Shown: piece after piece, positions 12,797 to 25,060 of the stretch | How positions within the stretch are numbered: the stretch's first letter is position 1 | How the letters are laid out: the number at the start of each line of letters is the position of its first letter | Made by a program: the position numbers and the translations under genes | Notes under the pieces: model-generated | The model's input: only the letters and a program-made list of their open reading frames with translations | What the model was told of the DNA's origin: nothing | The model's database searches: none | Assembly (NCBI RefSeq): GCF_006345805.1 | Contig: NC_042998.1 | Location: 165,478,001 to 165,542,000 of the forward strand | Reading direction: 5' to 3' | Length of the DNA: 64,000 nt | DNA from: Octopus sinensis | Taxonomy: Eukaryota

Positions 12797-14558
12797 ACCG
12801 ATGAAAGTGTTTTTAAGTAACAATACGTATAACTCCTAAATTTATGGAGTATCTCTTTCTTTCGTTTGTCCACTCACTCATACATATGTGTATGTGTGTG
12901 TCTGTACGTGGGTGTGCGTGCGCGTGTGTGTGTGATTTTGTTTATATGCATGTGCGATGTCCTCCAAATTGAGGCGTGTGTGAAAGATTGAAGCTTAAAT
13001 CAAAGTCTAAAAGTGTACAGGATATACACATTCAATATTAATTTTTTTGCACGTTATAAAGAGCTTAAAATTTCTAGTCGTTGGCAGCTGTGTATAGCAC
13101 TATTTCATCCTTCTTTGAAATCGTCAGTACGACATAACTAATAACAAAAGATTGTTGCTAAATTAAACATTTTCACGAAGTTAGACAATTCTTACAAAGA
13201 AAATACTTGACAGTTTAAAAAGCAGTCATGTTATGTTTTTTTCTCCCTTCATAGATCGTTAATTGTTCAGCAATAGAGCGAAAAAAAACAGAGAGTGAAT
13301 TTTTTAACATACAGGTTAAATTTCCAAGACATGTATACCTTGCAAAAGAAAAAAAGTTCTTCGTGTAATTACAATGAAAACTACTATGCATGTATGTCAT
13401 TGTGTGAGTGCATGTATGTGTGCGAGCATGTGTGTGTGTGTGAGTGAATGTTTGTGTACGCACGCTTATGTAACTATGTCTGCAGATAATTGAAATGAAA
13501 AAGGTATCTAGTTTCTAATTCCGTTGAAAGTATAAGCGACTTGTAAAATGGGTTGGTATATTCTTGACTATGTTGCTGTTTAAAGAAATGATTTGTAGAA
13601 AGAATGGTAGCATTTAAAGAAGGATAATATAATAGTTTACGCCATAGAGTCGACAAACACCATATTTTCATAAACATTTTCACATTGATATGAAAATGAC
13701 CAACACAACAGTCAAGGGACAAAGATGTAAAAAGGGAATCTTAATAGCAACACTTAAGTGACTGAGGTCTGTATGCAGGCAATGAATTTCATAGAAACTA
13801 TGAAAATGTATTTTGATGAACATGCACACATTGATGTCAAAATGACTAGTACATCGATCAAGGAGCGAAAACAAACATAAAAAGATTTTTATAGTAACGC
13901 TAAGTGATTGAGTTCTATATGTAGACGGTGGAGTTCATAGAAAATACGTATATAGAACATGAATGACATGAAACCTACTGAAACAATAAGTCAATCGTAA
14001 AGACCTGATTCTTACATATATTACAAAAAATTTCTGCCTTTGAACTTACCGGTCGCATATTCAATTTTTAAATTTGTATATATACGTATATAAAGTGTTG
14101 AACTACACAAAAGGAATACGTCTCACGCAAGTTAAACAAGCAGAAAAAGACTATTAAGCGCTTTGTTTAGCAAGTGGATTTTACTTCCCTCCTGAGGGAA
14201 GATGAAAGTCTAAAATTTCGGTGTTTCCAGTAGAAACATAGAAATTCAACACTTTCACCTTTTTGATTGTTATTACTTTTTAGTTTGTGGTTTATTTCTT
14301 GTGTTTAAGAAGAAAAAAATAAAATATATATGTATATATACAAAAAATAAAATGTATATGTATATGTATGAAACATACAGTAAGAAAATTGACTTACAGA
14401 AAAGATATTCGCATACATATATGCCCTTTCGCTTCTTCCTTCACTCTCTCCCTCAAATGCACACACATACACACACTCTCACACCCATACATAGACACAC
14501 ACATACATACCTGAGTATATATATATGAATTATATATATATATGTATATATATATATA

Positions 14559-14608
<50 letters not shown>

Positions 14609-14751
14609 TGTCCTGTGCCCATATATGCATGTATATATACATATATATGTAGGTATGTACATATATGTATGTATATATGTATATATTTATATATTATTTA
14701 TATTATTATATGATCGAACGCCACTCATCCCTTTCCAAGTAAGTTTTACCG

Positions 14752-14800
<49 letters not shown>

Positions 14801-15571
14801 GGAGAGAGGGAGAGAGAGAGAGAGTTGTGGCAACGCATGAAACTCTCGACCCTTCAGTCACTCTGTTGTTTCTGCTAAATATTAATGAAAATATCCATAC
14901 ATTCATATTCTGATTTCTTTTTTTTCCTGTTTGCATCATCATACCCATATGCATATACAAATATATTTAAACATATACTCATAAGCATATATAAGTATAT
15001 ATATATATACATATATATATATACATTTAAGCATATCATAAATACATAAAGACACACACACACACATGCTTCACTGGATAGTCGAAGTGAGGTCGGTCAA
15101 AGATGCCATTAGCTGGTTCACTGAATTATCCAGTGCCAAAATACATCTGTGCACTCGAGAGGTACGCACTCGTTCATACTCGTTTTCTAAGTCTGGGTTG
15201 TATGCGAGATTCAGTGTGTGTAGTTATGTATGTGTTAATACATTCATTTTGTGTGTCTGTCAATCTATCTACCTCTTATTATATATGTAAACTTATTATA
15301 TAAACTATATTATCAATGACCATGGCGATTACCTACATAAAGCTCGAGATGTATATGTCGGTAGAGTGTTGTAAAGTTATCAGCAGTATCTTCGATATTC
15401 CATCGTTCGTGGGTCATTAGCGCTGCTTGGACAGGTTGCATATTTTTATGTAAATACAATATATATGTGCATATGCAATACGGATTGTGATGTATATATG
15501 TATGCATAAGTCTATGATATATATTTATGTGTATTATATGCACAAATGCGTATATATTTATTTATATATAT

Positions 15572-15803
15572 ATTTCTTTACTACCCACAAGGGGCTAAAC
15601 ACAGAGGGGACAAACAAGGACAGACAAAGCGATTAAGTCGATTCCATCGATCCCCAGTGCGTAACTGGTACTTAATTTATCGACCCCGAAAGGATGAAAG
15701 GCAAAGTCGACTTCGGCGGGGTTTGAACTCAGAACGTAACGGCAGACGAAATACGGCTACGCATTTCGCCCGGCGTGCTACCGTTTCTGCCAGCTCGCCG
15801 CCT
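15572..15803 (-). mobile_element. SINE family C, full length
   Basis: The reverse complement AAGGCGGCGAGCTGGCAGAAACGGTAGCACGCCGGGCG...GAGTTCAAACCCCGCCGAAGTCGACTTTGCCTTTCATCC matches the copy at 58641-58880. Confidence 0.85.
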
Positions 15804-15814
15804 TAATATTTATT

Positions 15815-15876
<62 letters not shown>

Positions 15877-16027
15877 CGGGTGTGTGCGTGCGTATGTGTG
15901 CGTATGTGTGCGTGTGTGTGTGTGTCTACATGAATACAGACTACACACACACACATACACATGCCGACACATGCACAGAAACACACGCATAAATATATGC
16001 ATACATTTGCGTGCGTGTGAGTGTAAC

Positions 16028-16074
<47 letters not shown>

Positions 16075-16146
16075 GTTGTATGTATGTATGTATGTATGTA
16101 TGTATGTTATATGTATGTCTATATGTATATATATATATATATATAT

Positions 16147-16438
16147 GTGGAGGCGCAATGGCCTAGTGGTTAGGGCAGCGGACTCGCGGTTTCGATTCCC
16201 AGACCGGGCGTTGTGAGTGTTTATTGAGCGAAAACACCTAAAAGCTCCACGAGGCTCCGGCAGGGGGTGGTGATCCCTGCTGTACTCTTTCACCACTCTT
16301 TCTCCCACTCTTTCTTCTGTTGGCCTGCTCGCTTAGCCAGCGGGGTAGCGTCATTCGAAAGCTAAAACAATGCGAACGCATTGTGACCAGCGATGTGTAA
16401 CTACATCTGATGGACTGGTCAGCCACGTGATGACGTGA
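16147..16438 (+). mobile_element. tRNA-derived SINE family B, tail type 1
   Basis: Head GGAGGCGCAATGGCCTAGTGGTTAGGGCAGCGGACTC...TTCGATTCCC (A/B boxes), shared core CTGCTGTACTCTTTCACCAC, tail ending CACGTGATGACGTGAT. Confidence 0.85.
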
Positions 16439-16471
16439 TGATATGTATATATATTTGTATTTATGTACATG

Positions 16472-16507
<36 letters not shown>

Positions 16508-17238
16508 TACGGCATATGTATATATGTATATATATATGTACACATATACATACATATATGCATTTATACATACACACATGTATGCACACATACATACGAG
16601 TGTATGTGCGTATATGTGTGTGTGGGGGGGGGACATATTTGTTTTAAGGAAATTCAAGGTATTTTGTGGTAATGATTTAACATTCTCATTTCCAGATTCG
16701 CTCAAGCTTATTTTACCTTTTACCGTAGCCAGGTGTTGGCAGCAGATGTTAAAATAAGATTCTTATTTGAAACCAAGTTGAAGAATAACAACAGAACATT
16801 TATTAATGCAGGTGACTCAAAACCAAATGTAGAGTCAAGTTTATTGTGCATAAGTTTATGACGAAGATGAGGATAACGATGGTAATGATGTGGACGAGGC
16901 GATGGAAGTGGCAGAGGGTGATAATGACGATGATGATGGGATCTCTCATCTTTTGATAGTTTGAATGACTGAGTATTCCGCTGACACATGCATCTTTAAT
17001 GAAATCTTCGGGTAAAGTCAGCGTCATACAGTTTGTTAAGATTTGACTACAGATAAATCTGATGGGTTTTCATATTGTTCACGTCAACCAAGTTTGACTC
17101 ACAGAATTTGTTTGGGTCGCCACAAAGATCGCAGCAAAGATACAAAGTGCATTCCAGAAGTTTTGAGATATATTTAGGAGAGGCAGTTAAAACTGTCCTA
17201 GATTATAATAATTTAAGAATATCATTAATATAGATGTT

Positions 17239-17533
17239 CCTTCTCAAGCCATGTCTGGCTCATAGGGCCGGTTTCCCGGTTTCCTTGGCATATAGGTTCC
17301 CCCACCTGGACGGGTCGCCGGTCCGTCGCAGGTGAGCTGCAAGATGCAGGCGGAAAGAGTGAGAGAAAGTTGTGGCGAAAGAGTCAGCAGAAGTTCGCCA
17401 TTACCTTCTGCTGGAGCCGCGTGGAGCTTAGGTGTTTCGCTCATAAATACACACATCGCCCGGTCTGAGATTCGAACCCGCGATCCCTCAACTGCGAGTC
17501 CGCTGCTCTAACCACTAGGCCATGTGCCTCCAC
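17239..17533 (-). mobile_element. tRNA-derived SINE family B, tail type 2
   Basis: Head GTGGAGGCACATGGCCTAGTGGTTAGAGCAGCGGACTC...GGGTTCGAATCTC, the same core as 16147, and a different tail (CCTGCGACGGACCGGCGACCCGTCCAGG...GGAAACCGG). Confidence 0.85.
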
Positions 17534-17619
17534 ATTAATATAGATCTGTTAAGCTGATATGCCAAGTTTTGTTATTCCAGATTGCTGTAATAGCACTGTT
17601 AACACACCTTGCTAAATAA

Positions 17620-18815
17620 TGCGTGTCAAAGTTTAGTTTGCAGAATGCAATCGGACGTGAAGTCAATTTTGAAGCTCGCTACGCAATAATTTTGTGTTAA
17701 ATTCGGCAAAACCATACAAAAATTTATGAAATGCTCCATATTACTTATTAACTTGTATGAGCCGAACATCTGTTGTTCACTGGCACCAGAGGCCACACAG
17801 AGCAAGTCCCCAGAGAGGTTGATGATGATTCCTTTTTCGACAGCAAAGTCACCATCTATATTCACTGGGTTCCTTTTTGACAGACGTTAAACAAAGAATA
17901 CCGTAAATCCTCGAGTATAGTCCGCCCTTGATTATAATACGCAGGGGTTTTTTTTAGGGGACTGTACCTCTGAAAAACCTAAACCTTGTGTATAATACGC
18001 ACCACTTCTCTAACATGAGTCGTGCATAATTAAACCAGCAGCACCTAGTCGAGCAAACACTTTCGCGCATGCGTAATACAATTATGGGGATGTGCTTAAC
18101 TGTTATATGGGAATATAAATACGTTTGCAAATTGTTTTTGTTACATGTTTATTCTGTGTTCTGAATACTTTTATTTTAATAAATGTTGCTTACTGCAAGT
18201 TATGGATGATTCTTTTATGACTTCATTGCTTTCAGGCTTAGCTTAAAGTATTTTCGCGCCCACATCACAAAATGCGTCTGAATAAACATTGCCGGAGAGC
18301 AAATAGAGACTCGGACATTGCTTAGAAAATATTTTTCATTTTTAACCTCGTATATAGTACGCACTAGGGATTTTGACCTTGAAATTTTGGGAAACAAATG
18401 CGGATTATACTCGAGGATTTACGGTACTTTGTGGAAGTTTTGAGGGTGTTCGGGAAGAGATTTCGTTGCTAAACGCCAGAGAACCTACACTAGGACAACG
18501 CGCCAGTCCACAATTCCATCCTGATAGCCAACTACTTGATAGAGACGGGCATCAAAACTATCCCTCGCGCTCCATACAGTCTAGACCGTGTTCCCTGTGA
18601 CCTTTGGTTGTTTTCTAAGATGAAGATGAAGATGAGGAAGCTGGACGTCTTCACTTTGAAAGACTTCAACGAGGCCTTTTCAAAGTGGCTGGAACGCAAC
18701 AAATGCATTCAAGTGAAAGGATTCTACTTTGAAGGATATTAGAGTTATATATTTCTTCAAAATTAATTAATGTTTCTCCTGAAAATGTCTTTAAAAACTT
18801 CTGGAATTTGAGCCG
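17620..18815 (+). mobile_element. Degenerate mariner element interrupted by a MITE
   Basis: N-terminal ...FCVKFGKT... remnant; ...NKE-Y|YFVEVL split by the insertion; C-terminal DNAPVHNSILIANYLIETGIKTIPRAPYSLDRVPCDLWLFSKMK...KWLERNKCIQVKGFYFEGY* (YSPDL-like motif). Confidence 0.85.
17901..18424. mobile_element. MITE with TA target-site duplication (pogo/Tigger-like by TSD and TIR style)
   Basis: TIRs TA-CCGTAAATCCTCGAGTATA and TATACTCGAGGATTTACGG-TA. Removing the element and one TA restores the mariner frame AAAGAATACTTTGTGGAA (KEYFVE). Confidence 0.9.
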
Positions 18816-18947
18816 TAAAATATATTTGCGTAAGATATCGCACGGTGATGTCGATCACATAGTTGCCACGCACGCACGCACAAATACACACATCTATATA
18901 TATATTCAAGCACATACTCATGCGTGCGCGCGTACATGCACACAAAA

Positions 18948-18978
<31 letters not shown>

Positions 18979-19189
18979 GTTCACAAGTGAGATACAGAGA
19001 TTCTCCATATAGAAGTACTAAGCTTATAAAGAATAAGTATAGGGGTTAATTCGGTCGACTATTGGCGGTGCTCCGGCATGGCCGCAATCAAATGACTGAG
19101 ACAAATGAAAACAAAAAATATATATGCATACATATATATATATACATATATATATACATATGTCTATATACATATATATACACACACAT

Positions 19190-19623
19190 ATATATATACA
19201 TAATGTGTATATATATTTATATATATATGTGTGTGTATATATATTTCAAAATGTGGCCTCGTGTGTACCGTTGACGATTTTTTTTCCTCTGCCTTCCCTT
19301 CTCTGGATCTTTCCTTCTCCTATGTTTCCGACGAAGAGCTCCGCTCGAAACGTTAAACCCTCCTTCTTTCCTTCTTTCCTGAGCGTCCAATAATACTATA
19401 TTTGTTCCACGCCCTCGCGTTGTTGTGTTTTTTTGTGCTTTCTTGTTTGGATTAACTTTATATATATACATATATATATGTATACACCTATATACATATA
19501 TATATACATATACACATATATACATACATATATATATATACATATATACATAAATATATAATACATATACATATATATACATATATACACACACATATAT
19601 ATACACATAATATACATAGGTAA

Positions 19624-19654
<31 letters not shown>

Positions 19655-20151
19655 CACGCATACATATATATATATACATATATATATACATATGTCTATA
19701 TACATTATATACAACACAATATATATATCATAATGTGTATATATATATATAATATGTTGTGTATATATATTTCAAAATGTGGCCTCGTGTGTACCGTTGA
19801 CGATTTTTTTCCTCTGCCTTCCCTTCTCTGGATCTTTCCTTCTCCTATGTTTCCGACGAAGAGCTCCGCTCGAAACGTTAAAACCCTCCTCTTCCTTCTT
19901 TCCTGAGCGTCCAATAATACTATATTTTGTTCCACGCCCTCGCGTTGTTGTGTTTTTTTTGTTCTTTCTTGTTTGGATTAACTTTATATATATACATTAT
20001 ATCTATGTATACACTATATACATATTATATACATATACACATATATACATACATATATATATATATACATATATACATAAATATATAATACATATACATA
20101 TATATACATATATACACACACATATATATACACATAAATATACATAGGTCA

Positions 20152-20189
<38 letters not shown>

Positions 20190-20240
20190 GCATATACATA
20201 TATATATTATATATATATATCATATATATATAACATATAT
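19190..20240 (+). repeat. ~525-bp tandem duplication; each copy has a Penelope-style pLTR-like segment with a minimal hammerhead motif
   Basis: The block TTTCAAAATGTGGCCTCGTGTGTACCGTTGACG...TTGTTTGGATTAACTTT occurs at ~19245-19460 and ~19770-19985. Hammerhead-like motifs at 19324-19358 and 19849-19884. Confidence 0.85.
19324..19358 (+). ncRNA. Minimal hammerhead motif with U4C core change (probably inactive)
   Basis: GUUU-CCGACGA-A-GAGC(ucc)GCUC-GAAA-C-G-U-U-AAAC. Stem I is GUUU/AAAC and stem III is the loopless palindrome ACGU. Second copy at 19849-19884. Confidence 0.6.
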
Positions 20241-20469
20241 ATATATATATATACATACATATACATACATACATATATATATAATATATATATATACATA
20301 TATATATATTATATATATATATAATATATATTATATATATATATATTACATACATACATATACATACATATACATGAATAAATATAATCATAGTGAAAGT
20401 ATCAGTAGTTACACAATTAAGATTAAAAGTATCATCTCACATTACAATAGAGATGCTAATGTTTCACTT

Positions 20470-20642
20470 TTGACACGTAACATTGAATACTGTAAGAGAT
20501 AAGAGATTAAAAATTATTGGGGCCCATGATGCTGCATGGACCTTAAGTGAGGCATGTGCAAAATTTGAATGAAATCGGTCGGGTAGTTCTCGAGTTTTAG
20601 AGATGCAGACAGACAGACACACATTCTCAGTTTTATATATAC
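20470..20642 (+). mobile_element. Helentron/DINE-1-like non-autonomous element end (tentative)
   Basis: CATGTGCAAAATTTGAATGAAATCGGTCGGGTAGTTCTCGAGTT...CAGACAGACAGACACAC...TTTTATATATA. Related segments at ~48470-48660 (minus) and ~62270-62705. Confidence 0.45.
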
Positions 20643-20647
20643 TCTCC

Positions 20648-20976
20648 CTTTTTACTATTTTACTTGTTTCAGTCATTTGACTGCAACCATCTCAAGGGTT
20701 TAGTCCATACTGGAGCACCGCCTTTAGCCAGGCAAATCGACCCCAGGACTTATTCTTTGTAAGCCTAGTACTTATTCTTTGTAAGCCTAGTACTTATTCT
20801 ATTGATCACTTTCCACAAACCGCTAAATTACGGGGACGTAAACACACCAGTATCGGTTGTCAAGTGATGTTGGTGGGGGGGGGAAACAAACACAGACACA
20901 CAAACACACACATACATATATAAATATACATATATACGACGGGCTTCTCTCATTTTCCGGCTACCAAATCCACTCA
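20648..20976 (-). mobile_element. SINE family A, truncated at a (TAA)n tract
   Basis: The tail and body match family A. It ends abruptly at CAAATCCACTCA, followed by (TAA)n and a Dong-like fragment; the head is missing. Confidence 0.85.
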
Positions 20977-20993
20977 ATAATAATAATAATAAT

Positions 20994-21372
20994 AGTGGAA
21001 GCTGAAGACTAAAACAATACCTGTTGTCATAGGTGCCCTGGGAATGATAGCGAAAGGGACTGATTGCTACCTAACTAAGATACCAGGAAACCCCAAAATG
21101 GCAGAAATTCAAAAGATAGTGCTCATGGGAACTGCTCATATCCTACGCAAAATACTCTCTATGTAATCCCAAGGTTTAAAACAAACTTTTTTTTATCTTT
21201 TTTTTTTTTTTCCAATTTTATTTTTATGTATTAGACATTCACTAGTACAACACCAAAAAAAAAAAAACCCCAAATATATGGCACAGAACTTCCAACCTGT
21301 TGTCTCTTGAGTCTCTGGGTGAGACTTGGAGCCAACTTGTACAGACATAAAGCAAAAGTCAAACATAGAACA
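20994..21372 (+). mobile_element. R4/Dong-like non-LTR retrotransposon 3' fragment
   Basis: WKLKTKTIPVVIGALGMIAKGTDCYLTKIPGNPKMAEIQKIVLMGTAHILRKILSM*, then a 3'UTR shared with 23664-24163. Flanked by (TAA)n on both sides. Confidence 0.85.
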
Positions 21373-21406
21373 ATAATAATAATAATGATAATTATAATGA
21401 TAATAA

Positions 21407-21438
<32 letters not shown>

Positions 21439-21475
21439 TAAATAATATATAGTAATGATAATAATATAATAATAA

Positions 21476-21507
<32 letters not shown>

Positions 21508-21891
21508 CACACAATAATATAATAATAATAATAATAATAATAAAATAATAATAATAAAATAATAATAATAATAATATAATAATAATAATATAAGTAATGA
21601 TATAGATACATAAGTACTTCAATACGTATGTAATTATATACATGAGAGGTGCACTGGGGTGCATAAAACATGCAACATCAATAATCAACAGATAAATTGC
21701 CTGAAAAGACATGAAACATGAAACATGAAAGTGAAGAAATAACGATTTAGCATCGAATGACTGTGTAAACAGACTTATAAATAATACATAAGAATCACAA
21801 CGCCTACAATAAATAATGAATAATATATATATATGTTTGTGTGTGTCTGTGTACATACATACATACTTACATATATTTGCACATATATATT

Positions 21892-21934
<43 letters not shown>

Positions 21935-22636
21935 TATATATTATATGTATATATATATGTGTGTGTGTGTGTATCACAATGTCGATATTAATACTAATAA
22001 CGTTTTCAAATATGAACCATAGAATTAGGTTCTTTCCCACGGATACAGTGAGGAATACCCTTGTATGTATACACACACACACACGCACACCACACACACA
22101 CACACACACACACACATACATATATATATATATTTATATATATATTTATATATATATTTATATATATATTTATATATTATATATGCACATACACACACAC
22201 ACATATGATTAAGGCAATGTCAATATTAATAACAACAAAGTTTTCAAATGTTGTGAAACCATAGAATTAGGTTCCTGTCCCAAGGATACAAGTGAGGAGG
22301 AATACCCTTGCTGTGATATCTAACACTCTTAAGAAGATCAACTATTACAATGGATATCTCTTGTTGCAGACTTCTGCACCGTTAGTAGGTCGTTTTTTTT
22401 CTAGGTCGTTCAGTTTCTAATTAGGTCAATTAGTATTCCATTAAATCACTCGTTCTTTTCCTTTATTGAATTCTTCTACAAGTTTATTCAGTTCAATTCT
22501 CGTGTCTGCTAATCTATCATCTTCCTGTTTCCCAGCCTAAAAATATTTCTTATATTCTCCTCGGGTTATCTCGCCAATATATCGATCATATATTCTTCCC
22601 TTTTTATTCTCTTATTTCCTCTCATTGTTTTTCTCT

Positions 22637-22682
<46 letters not shown>

Positions 22683-23405
22683 CTCTCTCTCTCTCTCTCT
22701 CTCTCTCACTTACTCTCTTTATATATATGTGTGTGTATGTGTGTGTCTACTTGTGTATAAAACTCTGTTTCTTTATCTGTCTAGCTATCCATCTTTCTCT
22801 CTCTCTCTAACTCTCTCTCTCTCTCTCTCTCTCTCTTTCTATATATATATATAGAGAGAGAGAGGGGGGAGATCGACCGGGCTATCCTTCTATCAATCTC
22901 TGCTATGATTATCTGTCTTCTTACCTGTTCTGCTGTGAAGTAGAATTGGGGAAAACGGGGATTGTTGATGTGTAACAAATTCCTCCTTACCTCACATCCT
23001 TCATCCGCATGAAATGTGCTTCGTGATGCTGAGATGCTGCAGATAGAATTTATGTTTCTGCTATTGACGATAAAGACGACGACGACGATGATGATGATGA
23101 TGATGATGATGATCGTAGTGATGATAACAATGATGACGATGATAACGATATTGCTGAAGATGGTGATGATGGCGTCGACTACGGCGGCTGCAACGAGCGT
23201 TGTGGTGGTGGGGGGGGTGGCTGTGCTTGGTGGTAGTGATAGTATTTTTATTGGAAAATGTTAAAGGTGGCAATAGGAATTATCTGCTCGTCCATTAAGA
23301 CTTCTCGTTTAATCAGATCAACAAGTGAACATAACTGGTCCAGATTCCCTATTCTGCTTCATAAAATACTATAACTGTAAAATAGTAATAATAATTAATA
23401 TAATA

Positions 23406-23440
<35 letters not shown>

Positions 23441-23591
23441 TAATAATAGTAATAATAATATAATAGTAATATAGAATATAAAATAATAATAGTAATAATA
23501 ATAGTAATAATAATCATAATAAAGTAATAATAATAGTAATAATAATAATATAGTAATAATAATAGTAATACTACTAATAATAATAATAATA

Positions 23592-23633
<42 letters not shown>

Positions 23634-23663
23634 GATGAGGATGATGATGATGATGATGATGAT

Positions 23664-24163
23664 ATGCAAATATGCCAGACATCATATTGAAAGACTTCAA
23701 ACAAAGAACATGCCTCCTCATTGATATGACTGTCCCAATCGATATAAACGTATCTGTCATCTCAGACCTACCAAAAACTGAGCAAATATAAAGATCTTGA
23801 AAATAGAATCAGCAAAATGTGGAACCTGAAGACTAAAACAATACTGTTGTCATAGGTGCCCTGAGAATGATAACAAAAGGGGCTGATAGCTACCTAACTC
23901 AGATACCAGGAAACCCAAATATGGCAGAAATTCAAAATAGTGCTCATGGGAGCTGCTCATATCCTACGCAAAATACTTTCTATGTAATATCAAGGTTTAA
24001 AAACAAAAATTTTTTTTTAGACATCCACCAGTACAACACAAAAAACCCAATATATGGCACACTAGGCATAACAAACAACGTTGAACTTCCAACCTGTTGT
24101 CTCTTGAGGTCTCCGGGTGAGACTTGGAGCCAACTTGTACAAATATAAAGCAAAGTCAAACAT
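23664..24163 (+). mobile_element. R4/Dong-like non-LTR retrotransposon 3' fragment with restriction-like endonuclease motif
   Basis: ANMPDIILKDFKQRTCLLIDMTVPIDINVSV...QKLSKYKDLE.RISKMWNLKTKTI (PD-x-D-K nuclease), with frameshifts. Flanked by (TGA/TAA)n. Confidence 0.88.
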
Positions 24164-24329
24164 ATAATAATAATAATAATAATAATATAATAATAATAAT
24201 AATAATAATAACACAACAACAATAACAACACCAAAATAACAACAACAACAATAAAAATAATGATAATGATAATAATAATAATAACAAAACAACAATAATA
24301 TAATAATAAATAATAATAATAATATTAGT

Positions 24330-24373
<44 letters not shown>

Positions 24374-24385
24374 ATAGTAATAATA

Positions 24386-24437
<52 letters not shown>

Positions 24438-24451
24438 TGATGATGATGATG

Positions 24452-25001
24452 ATAAATACCCTGATTCAGTACCAGGCAGTGGCTCTCATGGCTTCTAATC
24501 TTAACTGATTGGAAGTGTTATCGAGTATATATTTTTCTTGGTATAAAAGATGGGCTACAGCAGATACCACAGATTTGCTCGTCAGTTCTTTGACCTTAAC
24601 CATTTAAGCATGTCCCTTGGCAGCTGACGATGACCTTAGTGCATCTCTGATCACGAACAGAAGTAGTGGGGGAGTATCATAGCCATGTGTTGAGAGGGAT
24701 TCTTTGGGGTTTGAATACTTCACCTCTGGAAACATGGCTATTTCGTTCAACATCCTTAAACAACCCTTATTTAGGTACTTTTTGAGCATTGGGCTACTTG
24801 ACCTAAGGAAAATTCTAACTGGGCCCCACCTGCAAGGTCAAACGCTGTTTATCTCGATATCAGATCGCCTTGTCGCGCATATATATTGTTGTGATGCATG
24901 TGCCTGGTGCCCCTTATCGGACGGGTAGTCATGATGGGTATACTGGGCTTTGTATATTTTACCTCAGTGTCACTTTGTTGGCATGCACTGATCTCTCACT
25001 C
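24452..25001 (+). mobile_element. Non-coding interspersed element in a TAA/TGA microsatellite (family E)
   Basis: ~550 bp between (TGA)n and (AAT)n. Its last ~110 bp (ATGCATGTGCCTGGTGC...CTCACTCA-ATAATAAT) recur inverted at 44730-44842. Confidence 0.65.
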
Positions 25002-25015
25002 AATAATAATAATAA

Positions 25016-25059
<44 letters not shown>

Positions 25060-25060
25060 A

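Noticed and set aside
13090-13135. Minus-strand CUGACGA...GAAA-UAGUGCUA-UA motif
   Set aside because: Stem I does not pair next to the cleavage site and stem II is poor.
16147-16210. tRNA genes at SINE heads (also 17460-17533, 41250-41323, 58550-58626)
   Set aside because: They lack a complete cloverleaf and continue directly into SINE bodies.
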